DNA of 64,000 bases from Chloroflexota bacterium (GTDB lineage: Bacteria > Chloroflexota > Anaerolineae > Aggregatilineales > Phototrophicaceae): the NCBI GenBank assembly GCA_011523615.1, contig WTGJ01000027.1:452458-516457 (forward strand), read 5' to 3'. Positions within the stretch are counted from its first letter, which is position 1, and each line of letters begins with the position of its first letter. A model generated the notes under the pieces. The model saw nothing but the letters and a program-made list of their open reading frames with translations, was not told the origin of the DNA and ran no database searches. Shown piece after piece: positions 37,481 to 46,226 of the stretch. Both the position numbers and the translations under genes were made by a program.

Positions 37481-39924
37481 GGGTTTCGCTCCATCATGCC
37501 AAAACGTGTGGCATAAGCCAATGAACGGCCACTGGAATCTTCTTGAAGGCAAATGGGGATCAAATTCTCAGCGAATATCTCTTCCGCAGGCTGTCCGTAG
37601 ATGTATTGTTCGTGGCTGCCCCATATGATGTAGTCGATTTGGTAACGATCGATGATCTCTTGACGCAGCGGCCAATCGTCACTGCGATACAGGGCATCGA
37701 TATCCCGTGGGCGGAGGCCGACCGTATGTGGATAACTACCCCCACGCCATTGGTTTTGATGCGGCTCCCAGGCGATCACAGTGGGGATGCCGCTGATCGT
37801 GGCAATGCGCCCATAGTTCAGGTCATAGGAACGCCGTCCTCCTGGAGCCGGGATCCCTTCCGCAATGACCATCTCGCCAGCGGAGGCCATATCGGACAAA
37901 CATTGACTGAGTGCCCAATCGCTAGCGGAATAGGATGCATTTGCATTCCCCAGGGTAAGAGTTCGGTTTGGGCTTTCTTGCATTCGGCTGTGCATCCCCG
38001 CCGGTAGATACAGCGATCCCAAAATGATCACCAAAGAGAGCGTACCACCGATGACAATTCGCTGGCTAGGGTGATGCTGCAGCAAGTGGTAACTGGCGTA
38101 AGCTGCGGCCACCGCGAACAAGAGCCAGGCTTGGAAATAGAGTTTGAACACTGTGTTCATGCGGCTACCGAACAAGTCCCGTATGTAGATAAATTCTGGG
38201 ATGAGTATCAGGCTGATTCCGGCGATGGCGAGCAGTACGGTGAATGAAAGCGCCGGCTTCGACCTTCTCAACCGCAAGCTAAGCGTCGAAAGGATGAAAA
38301 AACTGGCAAACAAAAATACTTGGCTGAGTGAGTATTCCCATTGCATACGACGATGCAAGAAAGCAAGAATCCCATCCTGCAGACTCGCACCGGTTGTGAA
38401 TAGGTGTAGGGTGAGCGTCAAAGCACTCATCAGGAAGGCAACTGACACCGTCAGTGAAAGCCCGAACCGCCATTCGGGTGTGATCGACCATAATTTACGC
38501 CCCATCGCTAAAAAGAATACGGCATACAGGATGATGAACGGGGCGAACATCACCCACAGCTGCTGGATGCGCGTCGGGTGATCCAAGTTGGGCGCCAAAC
38601 CACCGGCTTGACTCCGAATGTGGAGCAACAGAGGCGCAGCAAACAGGAGGAGCCAGCACAGGGTTTGAGCGGCGAACTTCACTGAGTTTCGCCAATCCAC
38701 CGTGTTGCGGGAAACCTCTGCACCCATTCTCCGCAAACGCAACGCCTCTGCCGCCAACAGCAACACAAAAAAGACAGGGGCATCCCAGGCATTGGTACAC
38801 AGCACAGCCCCCAAGACCATCCCATAGACACAGATATCTCGGAATTGAGGTGGTCTCGGATGGGAGAAACGGTGCCAGGCGAAAGTGATCATGAGCGCGA
38901 TGAGCGGTATGCCATATACATGTGGATGGTTATCCCCCAGGAGGAAACTGAAGGCCGGAAATTCATCGATCACTTCTCGATGGGTTTCCGGATTGCATTC
39001 CTGCTCATCCCCAGGTGTGCGATCGACGATGGTACGGGCGGCGGCAAACCACCACCAATATCCTTTGCCAGAACCTTCACAGCGGTCTTTGGCATCCATG
39101 AACTGGAGATAGCCCGGTGCCGCAATTCCTCGCTGATAGGGCAATTCAATGAACAGGTAATGGCCATTGCTGAGCCACAGGGCAAAAAACACGGTCAAGA
39201 GCGCGCCTGAGATACTTCGGTAGCGGTGCTTCGGCGCGGATTCTGGATCAGCACTGGAATCCGAATGACCGCGAATCAGATTGTAGCCCGTGCCAAAAAT
39301 GGTGATGCCGCTCAACGCGAGCCAGGAAGCGGAGCTAAGGTCAAAGGCAACCGCATTCGTCACGCCACTGAGCTTGGCCAGGGCGGCCGAAATCAGGTAG
39401 CCGAAATAGTAGTAACTGACGCTGTGACCACTCAGCCAGGCATCGTTGGGCGGAAATTGGGGCGATTGGTTGATGGCACTCAACAGCATGAGTTCCATGG
39501 GCTTTTCTGTCGATGCCAAGTCCTGAATGCGGGCGCGAAACAAAGACCACCCAACCAATAGGATGACGAAAAGCAATTCGCCACAGATGAAGGCAATTTT
39601 GTGTTCCTGCCACCATCTTTTCCAATCGGAAGCCGCCGTTCGACGATCAAAACGAGAAAAATAGAGACTTGCGCAGCACACCAGCAGCCAACAAAAGGCC
39701 AAACTACCGGCTGAGTTTTGCAAAAACCCTAAGCTCACCAACCACCAGAACAGCCCTACCACGGCGATCAACCCGAGAATTCGGCTGAGGAACATCCCTC
39801 GATCGGCCAAATGGCTCAGAAAGTTCCAGGTAAGTGGCAGCACTGCGACGCCAGCCATGCTCAACAGCAACCACCACCGCAGGACATAGCCACCGTCGCG
39901 CGCGAGCCAATCAAGGATGAGCAC
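37477..39924 (-). CDS. DUF2298 / TIGR03662 'Chlor_Arch_YYY' family membrane protein (single-domain form)
   Basis: 815 aa and highly hydrophobic. It has the SYYYFGY motif (YYY codons at 39406-39414), an ADRG motif after TM1, and a C-terminal ...IDYIIWGSHEQYIYG tail. It is clearly paralogous to the C-terminal half of the 1786-aa protein. GTG start 2 nt after the upstream stop. Confidence 0.75.
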   Translation of the reverse strand: MLILDWLARDGGYVLRWWLLLSMAGVAVLPLTWNFLSHLADRGMFLSRILGLIAVVGLFWWLVSLGFLQNSAGSLAFCWLLVCCASLYFSRFDRRTAASDWKRWWQEHKIAFICGELLFVILLVGWSLFRARIQDLASTEKPMELMLLSAINQSPQFPPNDAWLSGHSVSYYYFGYLISAALAKLSGVTNAVAFDLSSASWLALSGITIFGTGYNLIRGHSDSSADPESAPKHRYRSISGALLTVFFALWLSNGHYLFIELPYQRGIAAPGYLQFMDAKDRCEGSGKGYWWWFAAARTIVDRTPGDEQECNPETHREVIDEFPAFSFLLGDNHPHVYGIPLIALMITFAWHRFSHPRPPQFRDICVYGMVLGAVLCTNAWDAPVFFVLLLAAEALRLRRMGAEVSRNTVDWRNSVKFAAQTLCWLLLFAAPLLLHIRSQAGGLAPNLDHPTRIQQLWVMFAPFIILYAVFFLAMGRKLWSITPEWRFGLSLTVSVAFLMSALTLTLHLFTTGASLQDGILAFLHRRMQWEYSLSQVFLFASFFILSTLSLRLRRSKPALSFTVLLAIAGISLILIPEFIYIRDLFGSRMNTVFKLYFQAWLLFAVAAAYASYHLLQHHPSQRIVIGGTLSLVIILGSLYLPAGMHSRMQESPNRTLTLGNANASYSASDWALSQCLSDMASAGEMVIAEGIPAPGGRRSYDLNYGRIATISGIPTVIAWEPHQNQWRGGSYPHTVGLRPRDIDALYRSDDWPLRQEIIDRYQIDYIIWGSHEQYIYGQPAEEIFAENLIPICLQEDSSGRSLAYATRFGMMERNP

Positions 39925-39926
39925 GT

Positions 39927-42900
39927 TCAGCCATCTTGTACTTTGAGGATCCTGGCAAGTGCGGCAATTTCTTGGTCCCCCCTTTGGTAGGAGAAGGGAT
40001 ATTCAAAGACGATCTCCAGGAATTCCTGTTCGATCATCACCTCGAACTTCGTCAGCCCATCGACGAATCGCGCCGGATCACTTTCATCCTTTCGATCGTA
40101 CAGCGCATGCTCCAGTGTCCCCACAATGATGTATTGCACATCATAGGCCTGCAGGATTCTCCTGGCATCTTGGATATCAGGTGTCGTGTAGAAGGCGGTG
40201 ACGTTGGCCGCTCTTCGCTGGATCAACTCGCTCATGGGTGGAAAAGTTCGTTGCTGCTGTTGGTGGTATTGCCACCCGATCACACTGGGCAGACCCGTGA
40301 AAGACGAGATGCGGCCATTCCACTTGTACTCACTGCCATAGTTGCGCCCTTCGATGATGGTTGGCGCGCCACGGACATGACTCAGCAACCATTGAATGAT
40401 CTGATGGTCCGTTTCGAGCGGATAGTGAACATCGCCTTCCTGATGATGCGCATACCGCAGGAATTTCAGGCCATCCAGGGTCATGGGCGTTTCGGCTGCG
40501 AAACGCAATTCGGCACGGGCAAGAGTCGCCAAATATGGGTAAGAAGCGGTGATTGCGAACAATGCCGTGGCAACCACATACCAAATCAATCTGAACCATC
40601 GCCCCCACTTTTTTCGCACATTCCAGAGTATGGCGAAAGCGATGCCTCCAAACAGACTGAAGTATTGCCAGCTCATGAAATACAGTTTGAACACCGTGTT
40701 TTGCCGGCCGATATCTTGGCGGATGCGAATGAATTCAGGGATCAAAGTGAGGCCCAATGCGACCAGGACCATCCCAAGCACCATGCGAAGATCGTCCGAT
40801 TTTTCTAAGAAAAGTAAAAGGAGACCCCAAACAATCACTGGGATCAGGATCAACAAGATTTCCCGACCTTGAGCGGCCAGAAAGATCGTGACCAGAAGCA
40901 AACCCGCACCGCCCGAAAAGAGCAGTGCTTTCGTCCTCCTATCGAATCGTTTGAATTGCTGCCTGAAAGCATTTCGCTGGCGGTAGCTCATCCAGAAAAG
41001 CAGGCCGACGAGCAAAAAGAGGAAATGTCCCTGAATGCTGAGGTATGCGGTGATCGGGGTGAATGGTCCGCGCCAGAGCTCGATTGCGGTGGCCGTAGTG
41101 GCGAACCACGCTCGGAATGGGGCGGTGGCGAGGAGATTCACCGCCAAAAAAGAAGCCAGGATGATCAGCAACTCGATCACCGCTCTTCGATTGAAGATCA
41201 CCGATGATGCACGAAGCGCTCGCGTATGAGCACCTGAGTGTTTGCTTTCCTTGAGCTTTCGTTGCCACCAGGAAAACACCAGGGTGGCTGAACTGATGAG
41301 GGTGATGGGGATCCAATCCCAGCTGTTGGTCGCCCAGGTCAGGCCGGTCGCCACGGCCCAGGCGAAGCGCACACTCACTCGCAGCCAAAGACTTCGTTGA
41401 TCCTGCCCGATCGACAACAGCTCATACACTACAAAAGCCATGGACAACATCAGGATGGGAAGAGCCATCATATGGGCATGCAGATCGCCATACAGGAATG
41501 TAAAGAAGGGAAATTCCGTGATGGAGTGATCTTGTATGGAATGACTGATGACCCGAGTTGGGTTCCACATCCATTCATGACCCGCGACCGGAAGTTGGCT
41601 TCCTTGGAGCCAGGCTTCGAAACCAGCAAAGGTAGTGACCAGGAAATTGGCACTTTCATTCGGCAATACCGATGCGCCGATTTCATGGATCGCTTGGAGC
41701 CAGATGCGGAATGTTTCCAAGTTTCCCAGCAACAGCAACAGGGCCAGCGCCGCCAAACCGGCCCATTCGGGACGAAGGGTGAGGTTTTTCATCCTGGCAG
41801 CGACGTTGGTGGCAATGGTAAAAGCGGCGACTCCCGTCAGGGCAAACAGGGTGGGGATGATGAGATTGTAAGCGAGGGAAGGGATGACCCCGCTCAATAT
41901 AGTGGGGACGCCCACCAGTACGAAACCGAAATAGTAATAATTGATGTAGCTACCGGAATACCAGGGGTTAAGGGGTGGGAAGATTTCACTGCGCAGCACC
42001 CCATTGAGGTAGGCGCTATCCATCATCTTTTCACCGCCAAAAACAGGGTGCCACAAGTCCGGATTGCTGAGGCGGATGAGCAAGCAGAACAGGAAAAGTG
42101 CGAGGAAGAGCAGCTCGATCGCTGCCCATCGTTTCCAGTGTGTTTTGAGGTGGTTTGTGAAGTGCTCCTGTTGTTTCCAGAACAGGGCAATGCTGGCTGC
42201 CATAGCGAGGAGGAGCAAGGACCACAATCCGCGCTGATTCCAGATAGGCAACTGGGCGCTGGTGAGCAACCAGGCCGACCAACCGAGAAAAACCAGACCG
42301 ACAATTTTGGCCAATCCATAGCCACGATCGGCAAAGTTGGGAGAGGCGTGGAATAACGGGATCCAAGCAGCGAAACCGATGACAGTGATGGTGATCAACC
42401 AGGCAACGATGGCAAGGACTGGGTTGCGGTTGACCGAACGAGAGGCATCGAACGGATCGAAGCCTGTGGATCCTGCAGTCTGAATTGCCAACTGCTCCTG
42501 GGAATACCGCAACTGGCTGGGCACTTCATCCACTTCACGCGAAGAGGGTGAATGGTAATTCGCAACCTTCGCCGTACATTGCGTGGCCAGTGGGTGATTG
42601 GGGTCCAAGAATGGACAATCACCATAAATGGGAGATGCATGGATGGCGGCCAGCGATACCTTGTGCAGTTCGGCTTGCACTTGCCGGAGATCAAAGTCTG
42701 GTTTCTTTTGAAAAATGAAGACGGCGGGATGATCGTAGACATGAAAGGCTTCATCCGCTTCCCATTGATTGAGCCATGTGGGAGGGGGGTGCAGCGGTAG
42801 GCGCTGATCCAGAATCCTCAGGTTGCCCAATTGGAAGCCTTCGACAAACTGGGCTACCAGGTCGAAACCCAGTTTGCCTTGGAACAGCAGGTGATAGAAA

Positions 42901-45287
42901 TGGTTGCTCAGGGGGAAACGAGTCGGATTTCTCGCTTGGGAATCGTAGAAACGATTGCTGCTGATCGTCAAATAGTCAGAACGAGATAAGCCATTGACCA
43001 GGTTTTCGAGCTTGCGGTCATCATCTTCGGCGGCCATATTCATGTTGTACTGGAGCACCTGGTCCAGGTATGGCGCGCGGTACCAGCACGCGTCGGTCGT
43101 GGCTGGCGAGGCTGGCTGGCAGGATCGAACCGCACTGAGGCGATCATCCCAGGTGCCCTCGTCGCTGACCACAGAACCACCGATGAATAGATCCCCACCC
43201 TGTATCAGCAAGCGGATGTGATAAGCTTCCCCTTTTCTGAGTTGTATTTCATCTTTAACCGGAATTACGTAGGCACCCCCCAAAGGATGGTGTGTCGTCG
43301 CGAAGGGGTCGGATAGAGATGCATTGATGAGGAGCTTGCCCTGTGCGTCCCACAATTCCACCTGAAGGAGCAAGTCTTCCGCTCCTGCGCTGCGCCTGCC
43401 CAAATGTGGGAAATACAGATCCTGGATGATGCCATCCTGAGTGACGTGAAAAGTCGCTTCTGCTGCAATGCCGGCCGTGAGGAGGCTACTCCGCTGCAAT
43501 AAGAGTTGGTCGCCAGGCACATCCGCGCTGGATCGATTGGCCAGAGCGATGTTGATCAAAGGTATATCGAGCGGTTGTCCCTTCAGACGGATCGTCACAT
43601 CGGCAGGAATGTAGTCGTGGATCCATGCACTACCCTGGATCCGGGTTAAGGGTTGCCGATAGATATGATGGAACATCGCTGCCCAAAGGAAAGAGAGCAG
43701 TGGCAAAGCAAGCCAAAGATACGGAAGCACAATGCGGAGGAGTTGGTGTCGGTTTTGGCTCGTGCTGAGTCGGTGCCTCTCGAGCATCTCACAGAGAAAA
43801 CAGGCGGCGATCAGGGAGAGAGCGCCGTAAATGGGCAGGAAATAACGCATCGTCATCACCCAGGCGCCGCCCATCCAACCGAAGTAACCCAATACCCAGG
43901 CCAGCAGCAAAAGGTATTTAGCGCTTGCCGCATGGCCGCGAAGCCAGCGCAGGCTGAAATAGCCGATGCCCAGCAAAGCCGGGATGCCGGCACTCAATCC
44001 CAATCCCCAAAGCAAGATGTCTTTGAGGGGATAGAAGTAGGGCAATCGGCCGGCCCATTGCCAATTGGGCGGCCAGTCCAGGTTTCCACTCGCCATCGTG
44101 ATGGAGTGTTGGATATCGAGCAACCACCGCTCATTGAGACCCGAGATCAACCCTGGCCCATGGAAAGCATACGGGTTGAAGAGGCGGAAGAAAAACAAGG
44201 TGGCGAAGCAACAGATCAATAGGCCGACCACTTCTGGAAGATATGCAATTCCCCTCCTCCGCTGCTCCTTGACATTCAGATGGAGTATTCGGTAAATCCG
44301 CACGAGGAAAGCGATGGCGATGATGCCCAAGAGGGGAGCCAGGTTGATCCGGCTGGCCATGGCCGCTGCCGTGGCAAAACCGAAGCCCAAGGCCGCCAGC
44401 CCATTGCCGCCACGATATACGCGATGGGCAAACCACAATGCCAAAATGCAAAAGAAATTGGCGGCAGCATTCACGGTGGCGAAGTGCGAGAGTTGTATGG
44501 CTAAGGGAGAAAAGGCGTAGAATGCCGCAGCGAGCAAACCAGCGCGTTTGCCCTGAAGCTGCCGGCCCATCCGGTAGATGAAGAAGACGGACAGCACATC
44601 CAGTGTGGATGAGAGAAATCTGCCCGCGCTCGCAATTTCATCGTGCCAGAGAAACCCTCCAGTGGATCGGCCGCTCTCGTTCCATCCCAACCGGTGGAAC
44701 AAGGTATCGGCGGTTTCAGCCAGGGCACGGGTCAAAAAGAGAGGCAAGGGCCCGTAGGCGAAGTTGGTGCTGCCGGCATTGTGCGGATTCAACGGGGAAC
44801 AGCGGGTATCGAAGTAGCGACCCACGCCGGCCGAATGAGGATATTTTTCGAGGCAATGAGCGGCCTGTTCTGTAAATGAAATTGCTTCTGCTTGCCGATG
44901 ATCGGTGGTGAAAGACAAAATCGTGCAGTCGTCGGCCAGCGCGCCGTTGATTCGATATTGCTGCAAACACTGCTGCGATCGTTGATGAATCGCTTCCCTG
45001 TCTTCCCTTCTGATATCCGCATCGAACCGGAGGCGGGTCATCAAATCGACCAAATAGCGTTCATCCGGATGCAGCAAGGAACCTTGATCCCAGTTGTGAC
45101 CGGTGAAGCGCAGGAATATGGCAAGGAATAGAATCAGCAAGAACAACGAGTGGCAGTGGAGAAACGGACGCCAACGTTTCCAACTGATGAGGGATGAAAT
45201 TCCGTTGGGTAGAGAAAATGGGTTGATTTTCCGAATGTGGGCCACTGTTTTTCCAGTTGACTCGTACACCCATTGAAGCTTACGCAA
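39927..45287 (-). CDS. giant fusion membrane protein: GT-C/TIGR03663-like N-terminal domain, central soluble domain, and C-terminal DUF2298 / Chlor_Arch_YYY domain
   Basis: 1786 aa. The first loop has HPDERY (D75-E76, nt 45060-45065) and FAYGPLPLF (aa 176-184), separated by a ~80-aa insert with 4 Cys. A beta-rich central region follows. A second TM block has ADRG and NYYYFGF (YYY codons at 41931-41939) and the C-terminal ...VQYIIVGTLEHALYD. TTG start. Confidence 0.75.
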   Translation of the reverse strand: MRKLQWVYESTGKTVAHIRKINPFSLPNGISSLISWKRWRPFLHCHSLFLLILFLAIFLRFTGHNWDQGSLLHPDERYLVDLMTRLRFDADIRREDREAIHQRSQQCLQQYRINGALADDCTILSFTTDHRQAEAISFTEQAAHCLEKYPHSAGVGRYFDTRCSPLNPHNAGSTNFAYGPLPLFLTRALAETADTLFHRLGWNESGRSTGGFLWHDEIASAGRFLSSTLDVLSVFFIYRMGRQLQGKRAGLLAAAFYAFSPLAIQLSHFATVNAAANFFCILALWFAHRVYRGGNGLAALGFGFATAAAMASRINLAPLLGIIAIAFLVRIYRILHLNVKEQRRRGIAYLPEVVGLLICCFATLFFFRLFNPYAFHGPGLISGLNERWLLDIQHSITMASGNLDWPPNWQWAGRLPYFYPLKDILLWGLGLSAGIPALLGIGYFSLRWLRGHAASAKYLLLLAWVLGYFGWMGGAWVMTMRYFLPIYGALSLIAACFLCEMLERHRLSTSQNRHQLLRIVLPYLWLALPLLSFLWAAMFHHIYRQPLTRIQGSAWIHDYIPADVTIRLKGQPLDIPLINIALANRSSADVPGDQLLLQRSSLLTAGIAAEATFHVTQDGIIQDLYFPHLGRRSAGAEDLLLQVELWDAQGKLLINASLSDPFATTHHPLGGAYVIPVKDEIQLRKGEAYHIRLLIQGGDLFIGGSVVSDEGTWDDRLSAVRSCQPASPATTDACWYRAPYLDQVLQYNMNMAAEDDDRKLENLVNGLSRSDYLTISSNRFYDSQARNPTRFPLSNHFYHLLFQGKLGFDLVAQFVEGFQLGNLRILDQRLPLHPPPTWLNQWEADEAFHVYDHPAVFIFQKKPDFDLRQVQAELHKVSLAAIHASPIYGDCPFLDPNHPLATQCTAKVANYHSPSSREVDEVPSQLRYSQEQLAIQTAGSTGFDPFDASRSVNRNPVLAIVAWLITITVIGFAAWIPLFHASPNFADRGYGLAKIVGLVFLGWSAWLLTSAQLPIWNQRGLWSLLLLAMAASIALFWKQQEHFTNHLKTHWKRWAAIELLFLALFLFCLLIRLSNPDLWHPVFGGEKMMDSAYLNGVLRSEIFPPLNPWYSGSYINYYYFGFVLVGVPTILSGVIPSLAYNLIIPTLFALTGVAAFTIATNVAARMKNLTLRPEWAGLAALALLLLLGNLETFRIWLQAIHEIGASVLPNESANFLVTTFAGFEAWLQGSQLPVAGHEWMWNPTRVISHSIQDHSITEFPFFTFLYGDLHAHMMALPILMLSMAFVVYELLSIGQDQRSLWLRVSVRFAWAVATGLTWATNSWDWIPITLISSATLVFSWWQRKLKESKHSGAHTRALRASSVIFNRRAVIELLIILASFLAVNLLATAPFRAWFATTATAIELWRGPFTPITAYLSIQGHFLFLLVGLLFWMSYRQRNAFRQQFKRFDRRTKALLFSGGAGLLLVTIFLAAQGREILLILIPVIVWGLLLLFLEKSDDLRMVLGMVLVALGLTLIPEFIRIRQDIGRQNTVFKLYFMSWQYFSLFGGIAFAILWNVRKKWGRWFRLIWYVVATALFAITASYPYLATLARAELRFAAETPMTLDGLKFLRYAHHQEGDVHYPLETDHQIIQWLLSHVRGAPTIIEGRNYGSEYKWNGRISSFTGLPSVIGWQYHQQQQRTFPPMSELIQRRAANVTAFYTTPDIQDARRILQAYDVQYIIVGTLEHALYDRKDESDPARFVDGLTKFEVMIEQEFLEIVFEYPFSYQRGDQEIAALARILKVQDG

Positions 45288-45373
45288 GTATAAACAGAAA
45301 TGAATGGGCTCTGTGGCATGGAAGAATAGACTTCCATCCGGCGTGTATCGTTCAAGGCCGCTTCGGTTTCAAC

Positions 45374-45402
45374 TTGACAGTCAATGGGGTGGAGATTAAA
45401 TT
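45374..45402 (+). promoter_or_regulatory. sigma70-type promoter for tRNA-Gly (and possibly rplY)
   Basis: TTGACA (45374-45379), 17-nt spacer, TAAATT (45397-45402). The predicted start site falls within a few nt of the mature tRNA 5' end at 45412. Confidence 0.55.
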
Positions 45403-45411
45403 AGCGGGGGT

Positions 45412-45483
45412 GCGGGTGTAGCTCAGGGGTAGAGCACTTGCTTCCCAAGCAAGGTGTCACGGGTTCGAATCCCGTTACCCGCT
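45412..45483 (+). tRNA. tRNA-Gly (anticodon CCC)
   Basis: Hand-folded cloverleaf. Acceptor GCGGGTG/TACCCGC (one G-U), D stem GCTC/GAGC, anticodon stem CTTGC/GCAAG, loop TTCCCAA, T arm ACGGG-TTCGAAT-CCCGT. CCA is not encoded. Confidence 0.9.
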
Positions 45484-45529
45484 TGAGTCAATGCCCGCAG
45501 AGTATGCGTGAAATGATGGGAGTGTTGGC

Positions 45530-46192
45530 GTGGCACAAAGCTTCACATTGGAGACGGAACCCCGCCTGATCACAGGCAAGAAGGTCAAACGATTGCGCCA
45601 GGATCACATCGTTCCTTTGAATGTGTATGGCAACCACATCCAGGCACAGAATTTGCAAGCGGATTATCGGCAACTGGAAGTGGTATTGCTGAATGCGGGT
45701 GGAACCAACTTGATTGAACTGCAACTCCAGGGAAAACCCATCAATGTATTGGCCCGCGAAGTGCAGCGAGATCCGCTCAAAGGGACGATCGAACACGTAG
45801 ATTTTTACGCAGTCGATATGGAATCCAGGGTGACTCTGGATGTGCCCATCGTGTTCGAGAATGAGAGCCCGGCCGTGACCACTCAGGACGGCTTGCTGGT
45901 CGTCGGTCCCAATTCCTTGAGCATCGAAACATTACCCAGCCAATTGCCGGACCAAATCTCAATCGATTTGGCAGAACTGTTGAATATCGGTGATTCCATT
46001 TCTGTGAGAGACCTGGAATTGGATGAAGTGATCACCATTTTGAACAATCCGGACGAGACGCTTGTCTCCGTCATCCAGCCGGCGGCGGCCAGAGGTGAAG
46101 AGGAAGAGGAACTCGAAGACGCTGAATTGCTGGCGGAAGGCGAGGATGAAGTTGCGGAAGATGGTGACGCTGAGGAAGAAGAGTCGATTTAG
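45530..46192 (+). CDS. rplY: 50S ribosomal protein L25 / general stress protein Ctc form
   Basis: 220 aa. GKKVKRLRQDHIVPLNVYG...NVLAREVQRDPLKGTIEHVDFYAV is the L25/Ctc signature, with an acidic C-terminal tail. GTG start with GGGAG 7 nt upstream. Confidence 0.88.
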   Translation: MAQSFTLETEPRLITGKKVKRLRQDHIVPLNVYGNHIQAQNLQADYRQLEVVLLNAGGTNLIELQLQGKPINVLAREVQRDPLKGTIEHVDFYAVDMESRVTLDVPIVFENESPAVTTQDGLLVVGPNSLSIETLPSQLPDQISIDLAELLNIGDSISVRDLELDEVITILNNPDETLVSVIQPAAARGEEEEELEDAELLAEGEDEVAEDGDAEEEESI

Positions 46193-46226
46193 GGTTGCGA
46201 AGTATCTCTGTGAATCAGCCTCACAT

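Noticed and set aside
37481-37552. N-terminal 24-codon extension of the 636-aa membrane protein
   Set aside because: It would overlap the upstream 815-aa gene by 76 nt. ATG at 37480 forms a canonical ATGA coupling junction.
39936-42356. 290-aa (39936-40808) and 319-aa (41397-42356) plus-strand ORFs inside the 1786-aa gene
   Set aside because: Both are antisense to a continuous 5.4-kb ORF that has a strong TM-helix pattern and clear paralogy to the 815-aa gene. Their translations are charged low-complexity sequence without motifs.
45318-45337. 7-bp inverted repeat ATGGAAG-aataga-CTTCCAT upstream of the giant operon
   Set aside because: The stem is short and AT-rich, with no flanking U-run or obvious promoter overlap. 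It could be an operator, but chance occurrence is plausible, so it is not reported as a feature.
46193-46226. Possible bidirectional terminator between convergent rplY and gyrA
   Set aside because: There is only a 5-bp stem (TGTGA/TCACA) with a 7-nt loop and a 3-T run. This is too weak to call.
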